Shown here in pieces: positions 25,661 through 40,399 of a DNA stretch of 64,000 nt. The stretch lies in assembly GCA_964016885.1 (NCBI GenBank), contig OZ024741.1:162006001-162070000 (forward strand), read 5' to 3'. This DNA is from Eledone cirrhosa (taxonomy: Eukaryota). The notes below the pieces were generated by a model. That model saw only the letters and a list, made by a program, of their open reading frames with translations, was not told the DNA's origin and ran no database searches. Made by a program: the position numbers and the translations under genes. Positions within the stretch are counted from its first letter, which is position 1; every line of letters starts with the position of its first letter.

Positions 25661-28349
25661 ACAAAGAATGTGATTAATGATTCCAGTAATGTATTTTGTC
25701 TGAGATTAAAAAAATATGTAGATTCTAGATTTTTGGTACAAAGGAACTGGATTAATGATGCTTTGCTACTAGAAGAATTGAATACCAGGACATACTGAAT
25801 TTCAGGACTTTTTTTAAGATTAAAAGTGTTGAATAATAGAGAAAAGTTTCTAAGTAAATATTCAGTATTAGAGGAAGAAAAGCTGGATAATGGGAAGAGT
25901 GCTTTTTTAATTTGAAAAGTTAATGATGTTAAATAATGGAGAATATTTTCTAGATTTGATACTGAAGACATTGCTTAAGTGAAGATTTTTTTTTAATGTT
26001 GGTATTGCAGCAGTTGGATTATGAAAATGTATTCCATGAGTAATTGATTGTTTTTTTTTTCTGCTTTTCTTTTATTATTTCTGTGAGTATTATTGCATTT
26101 CTCTACTCTCTAGGAGTACATAGAAATAATGTCTCATCTGCCAAATATCGGTCTCCGAGCTCTGACGAAGTTGATGGTAAGACCATTGTTTCACTGCATC
26201 ACATTTGTTTATCCTCTAGCATGATGCATGAAACATCAAGTATATAAAACCTTCCCCTCTATTTTCCTTTGTTTTGTTGTTGTTGCTGCTAGTGATGATG
26301 TTGAAGCAATTTTTACCTGTTATTACACTTTGATCTTAACCAAAAGGCCAAGATGATTTCTATGTTTATAATGTAATTAATTTCATCTTTGTTTTCCATC
26401 CTTCTGATATATTTAAAATCTTTCTGAGCAGTTTAGATTGTTGCATGATGTTGATAAGGTTATCCTTGCTTGGATTCATTTACCTTAATTTACCAATTTG
26501 TTTCACTTACCTGTATTAGTCAAGAAATTGTCTTGCTTAAATATTATCTGAACACATTGGTCTTGCAGACATATCCTTGATCTAAAAGACATGTCTTGTC
26601 TATAGCCACATTGTTCTATTACACATTAGTCAATCAGACATGTTTCTGGCCACTCTCGTTTAGCAAATATGTCTTTGGCTGCCTTGGTTTACTATTTACT
26701 ATTTATTGGCTCAGTCTGTGGGCTGTGTTTATGCTGGAGTAGTACAAATTTATATAACAGGTTTGTCAAATCTGGACCAGTCTAGAAAAGAAAGACTGAA
26801 AAGAAAATACAAAGTTATTTCTGGAATCTATGATAGTTAGATTATTGTGTTCAGACTGATCCAGACTTTAAGAGTTCAAAACTATTGGCATCATAATTCA
26901 GAATATGACAACTTATATTACATTGCACGACTTAACTGACGCATATTTCTTAACATAAGGAAAGACAAGGTGTGCCCACAGCTAAAGATCACTTATCAAA
27001 GAAAGTATTTTGTTGAATCACCCATTTTTGTGCCACATTTCTACCTGAGTGGAGTTGAATTAAAAATTTCTACCTAGCCTGTCATATCATGACATGGTGG
27101 ATTTGACTTTTTTACTTGTAAAGGTTTTGGGCTTCTGTGGGGTTTTTTTTTGATGATCGGGTGCATGAAGAGAGCAGATTCATTCAAACAATATTAAGGA
27201 AAATAAATGAATAAATAAAATATCCAACATAAAAAATGTGAATCTAAAATTTTAAAAGTAGGAGGAGAATCTCCTAGAAATGTTTCCTGAGTTTTATTAG
27301 GAGAGTAGGGATAGACAAAATATAATTAAGAGCTTAAACTTGAGGAATTATTGGTCATGGGGTTGGAAAGAGGCAGGTTTCTGTAAATGTTAGAGAGTCA
27401 TGATAAACATGTGGCTGGTTTTATAAATAAGATCATGCTTGCTTTTTAAATTTTCCTTGTTGATGTTGTTTTAATATTTAGTTTTTATTGGGTGTTTTAG
27501 TTATGTTTGTTGTTTACCTATTCAACACAATTGAAAATGTTCTTTATTGTTGTTTTTGTACACTTTACCTTCTGTTTTTCTGTGATTGAGATATATTGTT
27601 TCCTTATTTTGCATGTGAGGCTGGGGGATTCTTTGAATTTAAAAAAATGGTCATAGAGAGTAGAAACATTATTAGTACAATGAGCATTCTATTTACACTT
27701 CTCAACATTTATCTATTACTTGCAAAGAAGCTGACATATGATCAGTGTTTAATTACACACAGTTAACTTAGAAACTGGAGTTTAAACTTTATCAAATCTT
27801 CAAATATTTCATTCTGTTTAAAGAATGGAAGAAGGTAGTATGGTTAAACTACAAGTGTATTCTATGACAAGATAACTCAACAATATAAGTAATATGCAAC
27901 CATAACTAAGTTCAAATCTTGCCAGAATCAATTTTGCCTTTTGTCCTTCAAAGGAGGTAGAGGAAGTCATTTACTAAGTAACAGTCAAATACTGGGATTG
28001 ATTTAATTGGCTATTTCCTTCCCCCCTCCCCCCAAATATGTGGACTTTTGTTAATATTAAACATAACTTTTGCCGTTCATCCTTCTGGGTGTTAATAAGT
28101 GTCTGTTGAATACTGGTGTTGGTTTAATTAACTATTTCTGTTGCTGAAAATGTGTAAACTTCTCACAAATTGTACAATATTTGACTAATATTAAACCATA
28201 ACCTTATTGGACAGAATAAGCACCAATGTTAGGCAATAAAGAGCAACAAGCCACTGATGAGAAAAATATATAGTTTATACACTATATAGCAGGTTTGTTT
28301 AAAAGAAAAGCCCTCACAAACACATTATCTAGTAATTATTTTTCCCAGC

Positions 28350-28531
28350 TTGTGGTGTTCGTGACGTTTGGTGGAAGTGGGCCACTGACAGAGAAGTTCT
28401 TGTCATCGCTGGCCGTTCGGCTTACTGAGGTGTCAGGTGATGCCCATGAGGGTGCCTGGCTGTTTCAGCGCCTTAGCCTCACCATCACCCGTGGCAATGC
28501 TGCAAGCATATTGGCTTGCCTCAGTGTTTAG
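28350..28531 (+). mobile_element. CRE-clade non-LTR retrotransposon, C-terminal RLE fragment
   Basis: TFGGSGP...LAVRLTEVSGD...WLFQRLSLTITRGNAASIL* matches the QRxSxAxQRGNA C-terminus of CRE elements. Confidence 0.75.
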
Positions 28532-28898
28532 TTAACCCTTATGATGTGATGTGCAGCCCATTGTCGTTTTTGTTTTTGCTTCCACCACCCCTTTTTTCTT
28601 TTTTCCTATTTTCTCTCTTTTATGCGTTTATATTTGTGTTTATCAATGACATTATATTTATAATGTTCTGAATGAATTGTGAGCAATTTATAATATTATT
28701 AATGTATTTGTAATGTTATTTGTAATATTATTTATGTATATATTTAAAACTTATTTGTAATGTTATTTACATATATAAATGAAACTACTTATATACAAAT
28801 ATACAAGCGAACAAAACTCTTGGAACGTAACTTTCTTTTTTTCACTTGAATTAATAATTTATTAATACATTTTCTCCTGCACCCTTTCCTGTCTCTAG

Positions 28899-29029
28899 TT
28901 TTACAAAACAAACGATGCCGCAAAGTGAACCTACAAAGAATACGAGCAAAGCAGAAACGAGAACAGCAGCAATCGAGGTACCGGCACCTATATCAAGTTC
29001 GGCGCTTCAATGGTGATGTTATATCTCAG
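28899..29029 (+). CDS. TMEM198: TMEM198 coding exon 3 (ILQNKRCRKVNLQRIRAKQKREQQQSRYRHLYQVRRFNGDVISQ)
   Basis: Polypyrimidine tract plus ctctag acceptor (AG 28897-28898); donor CAG|gtgagt at 29030; phase 1-0 fits its neighbours. RRFNGDV matches the conserved TMEM198 C-tail. Absent from the ORF track; translated by hand. Confidence 0.93.
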
Positions 29030-29117
29030 GTGAGTTTCTTCGACAACTGAGACTCTTTTCAGACACTTTTTTTCCCCTCATGATTCATCTAATGTTTAGA
29101 ACAGTGAATGACTGTGG

Positions 29118-29153
<36 letters not shown>

Positions 29154-32100
29154 ATTGAAAAATAGCAAAGATAAAAATTAAATCATTTTATTCTCTTAAC
29201 ATGTATTACCTAATTATGTGGGTTTCTAGCTCAACTCCTACTTTGCCAGATGATTTCAGCATCTCAGCATCTTTTTCTTTTTTCATCTCTTTGATTGTTT
29301 CTCTGACTCTGTAACTGTCAACTTTAATAGCTGGTCCTTCCGTTAAGTCTACCATGAGTAGTCCTTCGCTTTCTGCCATTCATTCTCCATCAATCTGTCA
29401 TGATAATGTTTCCAAGCCTCTTCTGAGTACACCAGTATCATTTTAAACACACTTTTCCCCAACAATATCCTTATTCACACTCACACAATGCTTTGCAATG
29501 CAGAACACCTTATGCCTCTGCTCTTCATATTGTAGAATGTTGGTAAATCTCATGCTTTCAGCCTCTTTATGTGCTATGTAAACCTGTCATATAGCTTCTC
29601 TTTTTGATATTGTTCCTTTTTGACCTCATTTTTCAGTCTTTTCATGCCTGATTCTTAACTTCAAGGGCTCTGTCTAAAGTGCTGTTCCACCAACAGGTCA
29701 TCCTTCATCTGGTCGGTTCCTTGCTCCAGTAACTGGTCCTGTCAGTAGCCTGCTACCGCAGGCTACTGACAGGACCATAGAAACTTCCAATTTTCCTCTG
29801 TCATATGTGACTGTCTCCTCTTGCTCGCATTGTATGCATGATATAGAGCATTTCTGAATCTGTATTTAACAGAATGGTCTTTTAGCTTTTGTACTCTCCT
29901 TCTCCAGATTTTTCTCTGATTTTGTCAAGTTTTTATTCTGATGTCACTGATAATTAACTTATGTTGGGAGAGCATTCTTCTCCAGGAAAAGAATTAGCAT
30001 TCATAACCTTCTATCTCATTTTTTAATGAGCAAGTAGTCAGTCTGGTTTACATATTCACCTGATTGGTAGGTGATCGGGTGGCTGGCCAATTTCCTGAAG
30101 TTAGTGTTGCAAAGTCGGTTGCATTACCAAATTCTAGGAGCCCTAATCTCTCTTTATTTCTCAACCATATCCATGGCCACCATGCACTCGAACATAGCCA
30201 TCTTAGTGCTGCCCAGCATCTCCATTGAATTCACTAGTCAGTGTGATGAAGTTGCTGTCATAAAAATGGTCTTTTTGTTCTTTACTTAGTCATGACTGTG
30301 GTACATAAATGGAGATAAACATTGTCATTCTATTGCTTTTGACTATTCTGAGTTTGATAATTCTGTCATTTACTTTAATTACTTTATCTATCCATTTCTC
30401 AGCTAATAAAATGCCCACTCCACCTACCCTGTCATCATTTCCTACCCAGAAATGCTTATATCAATACTGTTTTCCTCTAAGGAGTCTGGTTGTGACTCCT
30501 CTCCAACTTACCTCTTGAACACAGCACACATCTGCTCATCAACTCTTAAGTGTCTTTGTGATTTCTTTGGCTCTACCTTTCAGTATGGCAGCCCTGAAAT
30601 GTGTTACTTGATATTGATGGCTGAGTCATCTTCTAATAGCAACTTTCTGTATCTAAAAGGGAAAGTAATTATACAATTGTTTGATGAGAGTTGAAGGGTT
30701 CTCACACATGGCTAGTTTAGCCACTCTACAACTCTGCGCAACACTAACATGATTAGTATTAATATTGTATATACAATTAGTGTATATGTTGTGAGTTGTG
30801 CTTTTCATAATATTTGACAGGGTTTTTCCACTCATGAGTTAGCTTTTTTGTCAGGAAACATATGCACAGTACAGCTCCCATGACCAATAAAGTGGTCATC
30901 CTGGAGCCACAACAAAAAGTATCCAGTACACACTGTAAAGTGGTCGTGTAGGTGTCACAAGAAAAAGCACCCAGTACACACTGCAAATGTGGTTGGCGTT
31001 AGGAAGAGCATCCAGCCATAGGAACCAAGCCAAAATCAATTTGTGAGAGCAAATCATGGTCCATGACCTGGATCTCCCACAATGGGACAGCATGTCCTAC
31101 CCATGCTAGCATGGAAAATGGATGGTAAATGGTTAGAGCATTGGGCTTGCAATTGAAAGGTTGTGGGTTCAATTCTCGGACCAGGTGATGTGTTGTTTCC
31201 TTGAGCAAGACACTTTATTTCACATTGCTCCAGTTTACTCAGCTGTAGAAATGAGATGATAATAGAACTGGGGTCCCTATCGTTCCACTGCAAAGTGGTT
31301 GTGGAGGTGCCACGGCAAAAAAAAGCACCCAGCACTCACTGTAAATGAGGTTGGTGTTAGGAAAGACATCCAGCTGTAGAAATCAAGCCAGAATCAGTTC
31401 CCTTCCCACCCTTGCAAGCAGGGAAAAGCAGACGTAAAATGATGATGAAGCACCCAGTCCATACTGTAAAATGGTTGTGTAGAAGTCACGGCAAAAAGCA
31501 TCCAGCACAGGCTGTAAATGTGGTTACGTTAGGAAGGGCATCCAGCCAGAAACAATTCTGTATGAGCAGGAAAGTGACATGACCCAACTTGCCTCAAATG
31601 GGACAACTCATCTAACCCATGCTAACGTGGAAGGTGGACTTTAAATGACGATGATGATGATATATATATATATTTAAAACAACAGAAGGCCAGACTGGAA
31701 ATATCCTTTTAAGGTTTTAATGTTGCAAAAAACACTATACATGTTTCAATGTCCAAATTACATCATCCAACCATGGCACAAGACCTTGGCGACATCATCA
31801 GGTGCAGATTGCATAATTAGTTCAGCAATAAAAGGAATTATGGCCAACACAAACAAAGAATATATACTTGATCCAGAGATGGCTCACGAAATTCGGTGTT
31901 TCGTTGCTGTGAAGTCTCTCTGATTCAGAGATGGTTCCCTGCAACAATTTTGTAAGCCATCTATGGATCAAGTATGTTCTCTGTTTGTGTTGGGTGTAAT
32001 TCCTTTTAGTAGCAGATTTGTGAGAATGTTGGATATAATGCTTTGCAGTATTTGTTCCAACTCTCTTTGATCAGAGTCCAGATCCTGCTATGGTCAACTT

Positions 32101-34439
32101 TGCCTTTCATCTTTTCAGAACCAGGGTTAGTTCTTCCTCTCTATATCTTTCTCATCCACTAAACTCATTTGACTTATGGCTGGGCATCTTCCCCTCTCCT
32201 CCCTATAGCAAATTTGCAGAGTTGTTAGAATGTTAGATAGGATATTTTGTGGTAAGAATCCCAGCACTCGGTGCTTTCTGAGCTCAAATCTCACTGAGGT
32301 CAACTTTACCTTTCATCCTATCAAGATCAATAAAATATAATAATACTGAGTCCAATACTGAGGTTGATTCTTTTTCTATATTTCTTCCTCATTTCCTCTT
32401 TCTCTCTCTCTCTCCTGTTTTCTCTGGAAGAAATTGGCTGCATTTTGGCCTGGAGAGGGGATGGGCTCCACCAGGTTTAAACTGCCTCTACAATTCCATC
32501 GTTACAGGTCCATCCATCTATCCATACATACATACATACATATATAGAACCTCTTCACCATTCACCACCACCCGCATGCATAAACACAAGAAGTCATGAG
32601 GCTTAGTATTCGTTCCTGTTTTTATAGTGCTAAGTGGATCAAACAAACCGTCTCTTTCCCAGGTAAGCTAACAGTCTATTTTTTAAAGGCTAGCACCTAT
32701 TCCAAACAGTTATATGAACTAACTGAGGAGGGAGGAGGGGTGGCTTGTCGATGTAGAATTACATGTATTGCCCAAATATACCTTACAAAATTCTTGCAAC
32801 TTATTTGAAGACCTCTAAGTTCATAGTGCAATGTACCTTTACCACTTGTTCATTTTACACAGATGCACACACAAGCATACCACCTTTAATCTTATATACT
32901 TGATTTCATTTTTATTTTCCATTGTGTGTGCGTGTGTGTTGGTGTTGTCTCTCGATCTGAAGATCCCCAGTGTATGCAGTGGCACACACCTTATGGAGAA
33001 GGTCACCCTCAATAGCCCTGATGACCACTGTTCAACATCATCCTCAAACCCAAGGTAGTACTAACTGCAACATTATCCCATTTATTTATATATATGTGTA
33101 TATATATATGTATATATATATAACACATTGGCTCTATTTCATCTATGTTTCTTGTTCCTCCTTACTTTCATTTTCAATATATTTTAACTCATTGCTCCTC
33201 CCATTCCCCTTATTTTCTCCACATTCTGACTCATTCATCTTTCTCCCCTTGTATTCTTTCCTCTCTCTCTCTCCTCTCATTTTTTCTTCTCTATCTCATT
33301 CCTTCCTCTCTCTTCTCACTCACTTCTCTATCTTTCCTCTCATACTTTCCTCTCCACCTCTCTCTCCTTGCATCCCTTCCTTTCTCTCTCTCTTTCTCTC
33401 TGCCCCCTCCCTCTGTGCGTGATTATATGTGTGTGTGGAAAGCAGCATGTCTAACTAACCTTTGAAAGATGTTTGGTTGCCAGGCAAGGGCCCTATTGAA
33501 CTAACTGCTCATTCCTTACTACATTTTCCTCTCCTCTTTTGCAAGTTCTTCTGGCATGATTATTACCTCTTTAGTCCATGTCTTCAGGAAATTCTTGGTT
33601 TTCATCTCTTCCAGAATACCTAACTCTCCATAAAATCAATCATTTAATAATTAATATTATTAACCACATCATCATCATCAAGTCATCAATATTCTATCCT
33701 CATCATAATCATTATAGTCACCATCATCATAAATTGACAATCATTTAGTATCTTTATTATCTATTATTTGTATGTTATTATCTACTTTATTTAGGATTGT
33801 GAATTGGCAGAGTTGTTAGAGTATCAGACAAATGCATGGCAGTATTCATTCCGGCTCCTTATGTTCTGAGTTCAAATCCCATTGAGTTCAACTTTGTCTT
33901 TCATCCTTTCGAGGTCAATAAAATAAAATACCAATCACGTATTGGGGTTAATGTAATAAATTTTTCCCTCCCCTCAAATTGCTGGTCTTGTGTCTCAATA
34001 AGAAATTGTCTACTTTATTTATCCATTATTATTGTTCTTGTCATACATGTTTTAACTTCTATATTTCCATGCTACTGTAAGTTGGATAAGTCTATTACTA
34101 TACTTTCTGCTTTTGTGTTTGAGTCTTAACTGAGAGGCTTAACTTCTCCCAGTCTCTTCTCAACATTTCTTGCTTCCTATATCTTCATCTGGTCTTCCTC
34201 ATCTCATTCTAGCATAGAACATGTTCCTACACTGTCCCCTCATTATCATATCTCGTTTCTGTCATCTTTTATCATCTATTCACCTTTATACCATCTTTTT
34301 TTTATTCATCTTCATCAGCACCTTTATCATCATAGTAATCCATCATTATCACCATCATCATAATCAATGCTATAATCATAGTAATGAGCACACTTATCAT
34401 CATCATTGTCATTATCTGTGACATTATAGTGTAAACTTT

Positions 34440-34740
34440 ATTGTTCTTTGTCTTTGTTTTCATTGTCACTACCACCATCTCCACTATTACCATCATCATC
34501 ATCTCCACTGTCATCATCATCACAACTGTCATCATCTCCATTATCACTACAATTATTACATCATCACCACTATCACCACTATCACTACAATTATCATCAT
34601 CATCTCTACTATCACCACTATCACTACAATTATCATCATCATCTCCACTATCACCGCTATCGCTACAATTATCATCATCATCTCCACTATCACCAACATT
34701 GCTACAACTATCATTAACAATTCTCACTAATTACTACTAG
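34440..34740. repeat. (CAT/CAC)-derived minisatellite with 39-bp units
   Basis: Unit tcatcatcatctccactatcaccactatcactacaatta, about 4 copies. Confidence 0.8.
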
Positions 34741-35282
34741 TAATGGTTACTAACACAGTCATATGATTCGTGTTGCATGTTAATGTTTGAACTATTTATC
34801 ATTGATGAACATTTCTCATATTTTTCCCTACAAGATCAAAAGTAAGTCTACCTGTCAATATGCCAGCAGAGAGGGGGAAAAATGCAAATTTACAGCCAAA
34901 ACTTTGAAAAATAAAATATTTACTCTGCTATATGTATTGAGTGTTCATTCAGTTTATGTTTGGCTGTTTCTATGGATGATTATACATAAAACACTTCTAT
35001 AAATATATATCAATAATGATGTATTCTGCATTGGTCTCAACAAAGGAGAGGTAACTAAAAGATATAACCCCAAAAAAGTGCAAATGGTGATGCAAGCAGA
35101 AAATTTGGAACAATTCTCCTTAGTAATCTTTCTCATAATTAACATCCAGCTACACAGAATTTTGCAAAGTTTCAAAATGGCTACCTGTAAATTTCAAGTT
35201 GAAGTTTGATTACATTTCTGTGTCTGTTCATGACTGCATGCTCCCTCAAAACCGCAAATGAACACAATTATGAATGGTGGTT

Positions 35283-35323
<41 letters not shown>

Positions 35324-35903
35324 TCTTTTATTGGTATATATTGGTGAAGGATAATTGCAAAACCCAAAACAGAAAAAGAATTCTAATCAGCAATATTATT
35401 GTTGACAAATTACAATTCAAATAAATCTTAGGTCTGCTGAATCAGTATTCTCCTGGGGCTGGCTAAACAACATTGTATCCATGAAGTAAATGGAGTCACT
35501 ATGAAGCTAGTTAATCTGCAAGAAATAGCAGCTAAATCTACCTTATATCACACCCTTTTACTTTGAAAGAAGGGAGGGCATTTTGGACAAGTTAGTCTGA
35601 GATATATTCATTGATTGTGCATAAAGACAGTATGGTAATAGATAGAAAGTTTTGATCATTAGAATTGACTCTGGGCTAAACACATGTTTAGTAAAATTAT
35701 GCCAGCACTGGCATTGGGCATTGTTAAGATAATCATTTAAAAACTAAAATAATTGTGCCTGCCTTTTAATACTTGTTTCTAAATACTCCTAAAATATGCA
35801 AAAAATAAAAATAAAAAAAACTCAGAAATGATCCCAGCATGCATTATTTTATTTATCTTAGCATGCATTTTTAAAAAATACATGTGTGTGTGTGTGTATC
35901 CAT

Positions 35904-35940
<37 letters not shown>

Positions 35941-36469
35941 ATATGTATGTAAGTATATATGTGCATGTATATACATATGTATGTACTGAGTATATATATA
36001 GATATATATATCATCATCATTATCGTCAATTCTGTTTTAACATTTGTATATTTTTTCATTTCTTTTCTGTACTTGAGAATTTTTTTCTTTTACTTTTTTT
36101 GTTTAACAATTTCACTTCTTTTTTCTTTTGATTCTGTGTCTTGTAATTTTTTTTCTCTCACCAAATTTTTCATTTTGAACAAATTAGATAATGGATTTGA
36201 TTAATTTTTAAAAAGATTAAGCAAAGAAAAATTTAGTCAATTTGTGTGTATAAGGGCATGTATATATGTGTGCGTATATATATATATATATGTATCTGTG
36301 TGTGTGTAATATACCATGTATATCTAGTTTAGGAAAGTCACACCATATCCCTGTGTGTTGTAAGAGATGGCTAAAAGGTTTAGTGTGAAGAAGGCCTGTC
36401 ATCTTAAAAAGGGTGGTGATGATATATAGGCAGTGTTTTATATATATATATATTATATTATATTATGTC

Positions 36470-37762
36470 GTACTGTTCATGTGAGACAACTATAAGAGTT
36501 CTCAGCCAAAAATAAGCCACTATACCTAGCTTTCGTTGTCCTAGAAAAAGCATTTGAGAGAGTCCCCTGATCTATTATATGGTGGTCTTTAAAGAAATTA
36601 AGTATAGAAGAATGGTTGGTAAGAGCAGTGCAAGCTATGTACAGAGAAGCTGTCAGTTAAGTGAGAGTAGGAAATGAATTTAGTGAGGAATTCAAGTTAC
36701 AAGTAGTTCAAGGTTCGGTTCTTAGCCTACTACTATTCATTATAGCCCTCCTGGATCTAACAGGAGTTTAAGACCAGCTGCCTATGGGAACTTCTCTAGG
36801 CAGATAATTTGGTCTTTATAGCTGAATCCATTAAAGACCTAGAAAATAAGTTCTGACTATGGAAGTGGAATTTAGAATCAAAAGGCTTCAGTAAACTTGG
36901 CCAAAACTGAAGTGCTAATGAGTAGGATAGAAGATAGGACTCTGATTTCTTTAGGGAAGCGGCCCTGCTCAATATGTAGAAAGAGAGTAGGCATAAACTA
37001 CATACGATGTACACAAGTAAATCTTGGGTACATAAGAGATGTAGTAAGATAACAGGTAAACTAACAGGAAGGGAACACTTTTTTGTAGAGGATGCACAGG
37101 GGTAACCAAGGGGAAGATAACCAGTGTTGTAAGCCTAGTCCAGTCACAGGAAGGACATATAGAAGTGGTTAATAGCTTTTGCTATCTAGGCAACATAATT
37201 AGTAGTGGGGGAAGGGTGCTCTGAGAGCATAATAGCTAGAATAAGGATCGGATGGAAAAAGTTCAGAGAGCTATTCCCACTGTTGACCACAAACAGTTTT
37301 TCCTATGTGCAAAAGGACAAATGTACAACACTTGTGTGGGAAGTGCGATTACTGCATGGTAGTGAAACATGGGCTGTAACTGTAGATGACATGCATAGAC
37401 TAGAGAGAAATGAAGTAACCATGTTCTATTGGATGTGCAAAGTAAGTGAGAGAGAGGCAAAACTTGGACGTGTTGTAGGAGAAGCTGGGTTTAAGAGGAA
37501 TTTGAAGTGGTGTGCAGGAGAGAAGGCTGTTGGTTTGGACAGTTGAGTAAAGAAGTGCAAGGAAATGCCAGTGGAAAGAAGTCGTAGTAGAGGTAGACCA
37601 AGAAAAACCTGGGCAGAAGTTGTGTGAGTTGACCTCAAATCATCGACACTCACAGAGGCAATGACAAAGGACCGTGATGCGTGGAGAGATGCCATGCTGA
37701 GAAGGACCTGTCCAACCCATGCAAGTATGGAAAAGCAGATGTGAAAATGATGGGGATGATGA
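36470..37762 (+). mobile_element. RTE LINE, 5'-truncated, same family as 1878-3040 in inverted orientation
   Basis: RT motifs, RIRIGWKKFREL, LHGSETWAV and RGRPRKTW; (GAT)n tail. Confidence 0.9.
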
Positions 37763-38698
37763 TATATTGTTGTTGTTGATCCTCTGAACAACAGATGTTC
37801 CAGTTGTTTGATGGAATAATTTGCTCATAAAATTAACATGCAAGTGGCTGAGTATTCAATGTAATTTTCAGGGAGATTCTGCATAACAATGTGTGACAGC
37901 TTGCTCTGCGAATTACAGGTACAACTTAATTTTTTCAACAGAGTTGACTGGAGCAATGTGAAACAGTGTTTTACTGAAGAACACATTGCACTATTGGGAA
38001 CTCAGAGCCTTAAATTGTGTACTGAACACCTTAATCATACACACAAATGCAATGGGCTTCTGCAATCTATCCAACTATCAAATACCACAATATTTTTGTC
38101 AATCTGACGCTATAGTAAAAGATATTTGCCAAAGAGATGTAGAGTGAGATAGAACTCAGAAACACATGGTTGTGACGTCAACTTCTTAACCACACTTCCA
38201 TATCTGCACCTATGTATATTGTGCATGCAGGTATATATGAATGCTTAAGAAGTTTGTTTCTCAATCATGAGTTCTTGGGTTTATGATTGAATGTTGGTAA
38301 ACAGAAACTGCATGAAGGCCTGTTGGATGGATTTGTATATTTTATTTAAAAGGTCAGCCATGTCATTATGCCATGCTGATTCTACTTGATAAAATTATGT
38401 TACGGGTTCTTGTGCCTGTGGAATGCTTGGTCACTTACACTCAATACATAGGTAATTCAGTTGATCAAACAATGGGAACACTCATTGTTAAACTGCTGGA
38501 GAATCCATTTATTTTATATATATCAGTGTCTTGTTAACTAAGTAGAATGTGTTGCTGAGGAGGTTTATTAATGCTGATACAAGTCCATTGCTTTCACCAG
38601 TGGCTTTAAAGACTAATCTGCATTGTCTATGTTGTCCAAAAATTTCAGTCAACTGATGTTGTTGGAGTTATCTACCTTGTTTTAGATTTTTAACCCCC

Positions 38699-38906
38699 TT
38701 AACCCTTTAGCATTTAAACCGGCCGTATCTGGCCAGAATTCTCTCACATCTTTCTGTTCAAACTGGCTGTAACTGGCCGCTCATACTGATGTTAAGGTAT
38801 TTTTTCTCAAAATAAATAATATCAAAATCTTATAGATTCGATATTATGTGAGATAAAGCCTTTACTGTGAAAAAAATATAGAGTAATGTAAATGCTAAAG
38901 GGTTAA
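38699..38906. mobile_element. piggyBac-type MITE (family A, copy 4, reverse orientation)
   Basis: TTAA TSDs; internal sequence is the reverse complement of 823-1032. Confidence 0.85.
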
Positions 38907-39022
38907 AGGTGTTTTTGTCTACTAATTTCCTTTGTTATCTTAATTGATCAAGATTTTTCAACTCTGTAGGTTTAAGTATTAATGTTTTTCTTGAGTAATT
39001 ATAAATGTTACTTTCTTTCCAG

Positions 39023-39142
39023 AACTACATACAAAGCATCCAACACAAGCTGTCTCCTGCCATGAGGAGTCTGACTACTATTCACTGCGAACCTGTTGTT
39101 GACCTAGAGAGTGCCAATACCACATTGACTCAAGTTTCATGA
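39023..39142 (+). CDS. TMEM198: TMEM198 last coding exon (NYIQSIQHKLSPAMRSLTTIHCEPVVDLESANTTLTQVS*)
   Basis: Acceptor ctttctttccag (AG 39021-39022), phase 0. YIQS continues the conserved GDVxSxxYIQS motif; TGA at 39140-39142. Spliced CDS 205+564+131+120 = 1020 nt = 339 aa. Confidence 0.9.
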   Translation, partial: NYIQSIQHKLSPAMRSLTTIHCEPVVDLESANTTLTQVS

Positions 39143-39734
39143 ACACATTTCAATGCTGCACTTGCACTATTAACATTATTATTTCATTATTGTTATTGTT
39201 ATTATTATTATTATTATTATTAATTTTAAAAACCAAAAGAAAACCCCCTTTTGACAATATGTCAAGTGCAGTAGTTCATTAAACCACACTCGTACACACA
39301 CGCACACACACACATGTACACACACACATACACATGCTGACAGTTACACAACTTTATGAAATACAATTTTTTTTAATTTTTGTTTTATTTTTATTTTTTG
39401 TGATCAGTGATTGGTTTGTTTTGAAAGAAAGAAAAACCCCATTGTATATATAATATAATAAGTGTATGTATATATATGTATATATGTGTGTGTATGTGTG
39501 TGTGTGTATATGTGTGTGTGGTGAATAGGGTTACAAACCTTATGTTTAAACGTTTCACATATAGCCAGCCAGCCAAGCCTTGAGCTGCTTATGAGCAATC
39601 TTTTTGTATGGGTTCTATATAATCATAGGTTATGTATGTATATATGCACCTATGATACATACATGTATATATACATCAAACTCTACACACTTCCAATGCA
39701 TGTATCGAGGTTTTTTGTTTGTTTTTTGTATGAA

Positions 39735-39797
39735 AATAAATATATACATACAGTATTCACACACACACATATATACATAGTTTTACACACAAATAAA
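39735..39797 (+). promoter_or_regulatory. Candidate polyadenylation signals of the TMEM198 3' UTR
   Basis: AATAAA at 39735-39740 and 39792-39797, followed by U/GU-rich sequence, about 600 nt after the stop codon. Confidence 0.4.
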
Positions 39798-40399
39798 TGG
39801 GTTTGTTTCATAAGTTGTACAAAACGAAACAAAAAAATATGTATTTGCTTTGTATGTGTATATTTTTCGAAGTGTTTTTTTAATTCCTATTTTATATTAT
39901 TTATTTAATCTTATTTTGGATCTTTTAATTCTTTTTTTATCATTTTTTTAACTTAACCCTCCCCACTTGTAATATGTATTCATTCATTGCATATTTGCAT
40001 AGTTTTCATTGTAATTAAAACTCTTACCTTCATCTTGGAATTATTATTATTATTATTATTATTATTATTTTATATATGTGTATAAGTTTATATATATAAA
40101 TATGTGTCATACTCATCATCAACATTTAACATCAGTTTTCCTTGTTAGCAAAGGTTAGACAGGTCATCACAGACCAAATCAGTACTTAGTAAAGTTACTG
40201 ACCTCTCGGGGTAGGCCGGGACCTGGTTCTTGCTTACAAAGTACACTGGGTGCATTTTATCTATCTATAATTATTGAAATACTGATCTTAGTTACCTTGA
40301 AATGGTAGTGTTTAAGTTGATTGAAAACAGAATGGCTGTTAGGTGATTTATAGCTTTAAGATTAAATATTGCTCAAAACTTCTATTTCTTGCTCCTGCT

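Noticed and set aside
25639-27200. AT-rich ORF and possible L1-type relic
   Set aside because: No recognisable domain motif could be read with confidence, so it is left unannotated.
34302-34740. Asp/Ser- or His-rich ORFs
   Set aside because: Translations of a trinucleotide-derived minisatellite with no splice support.
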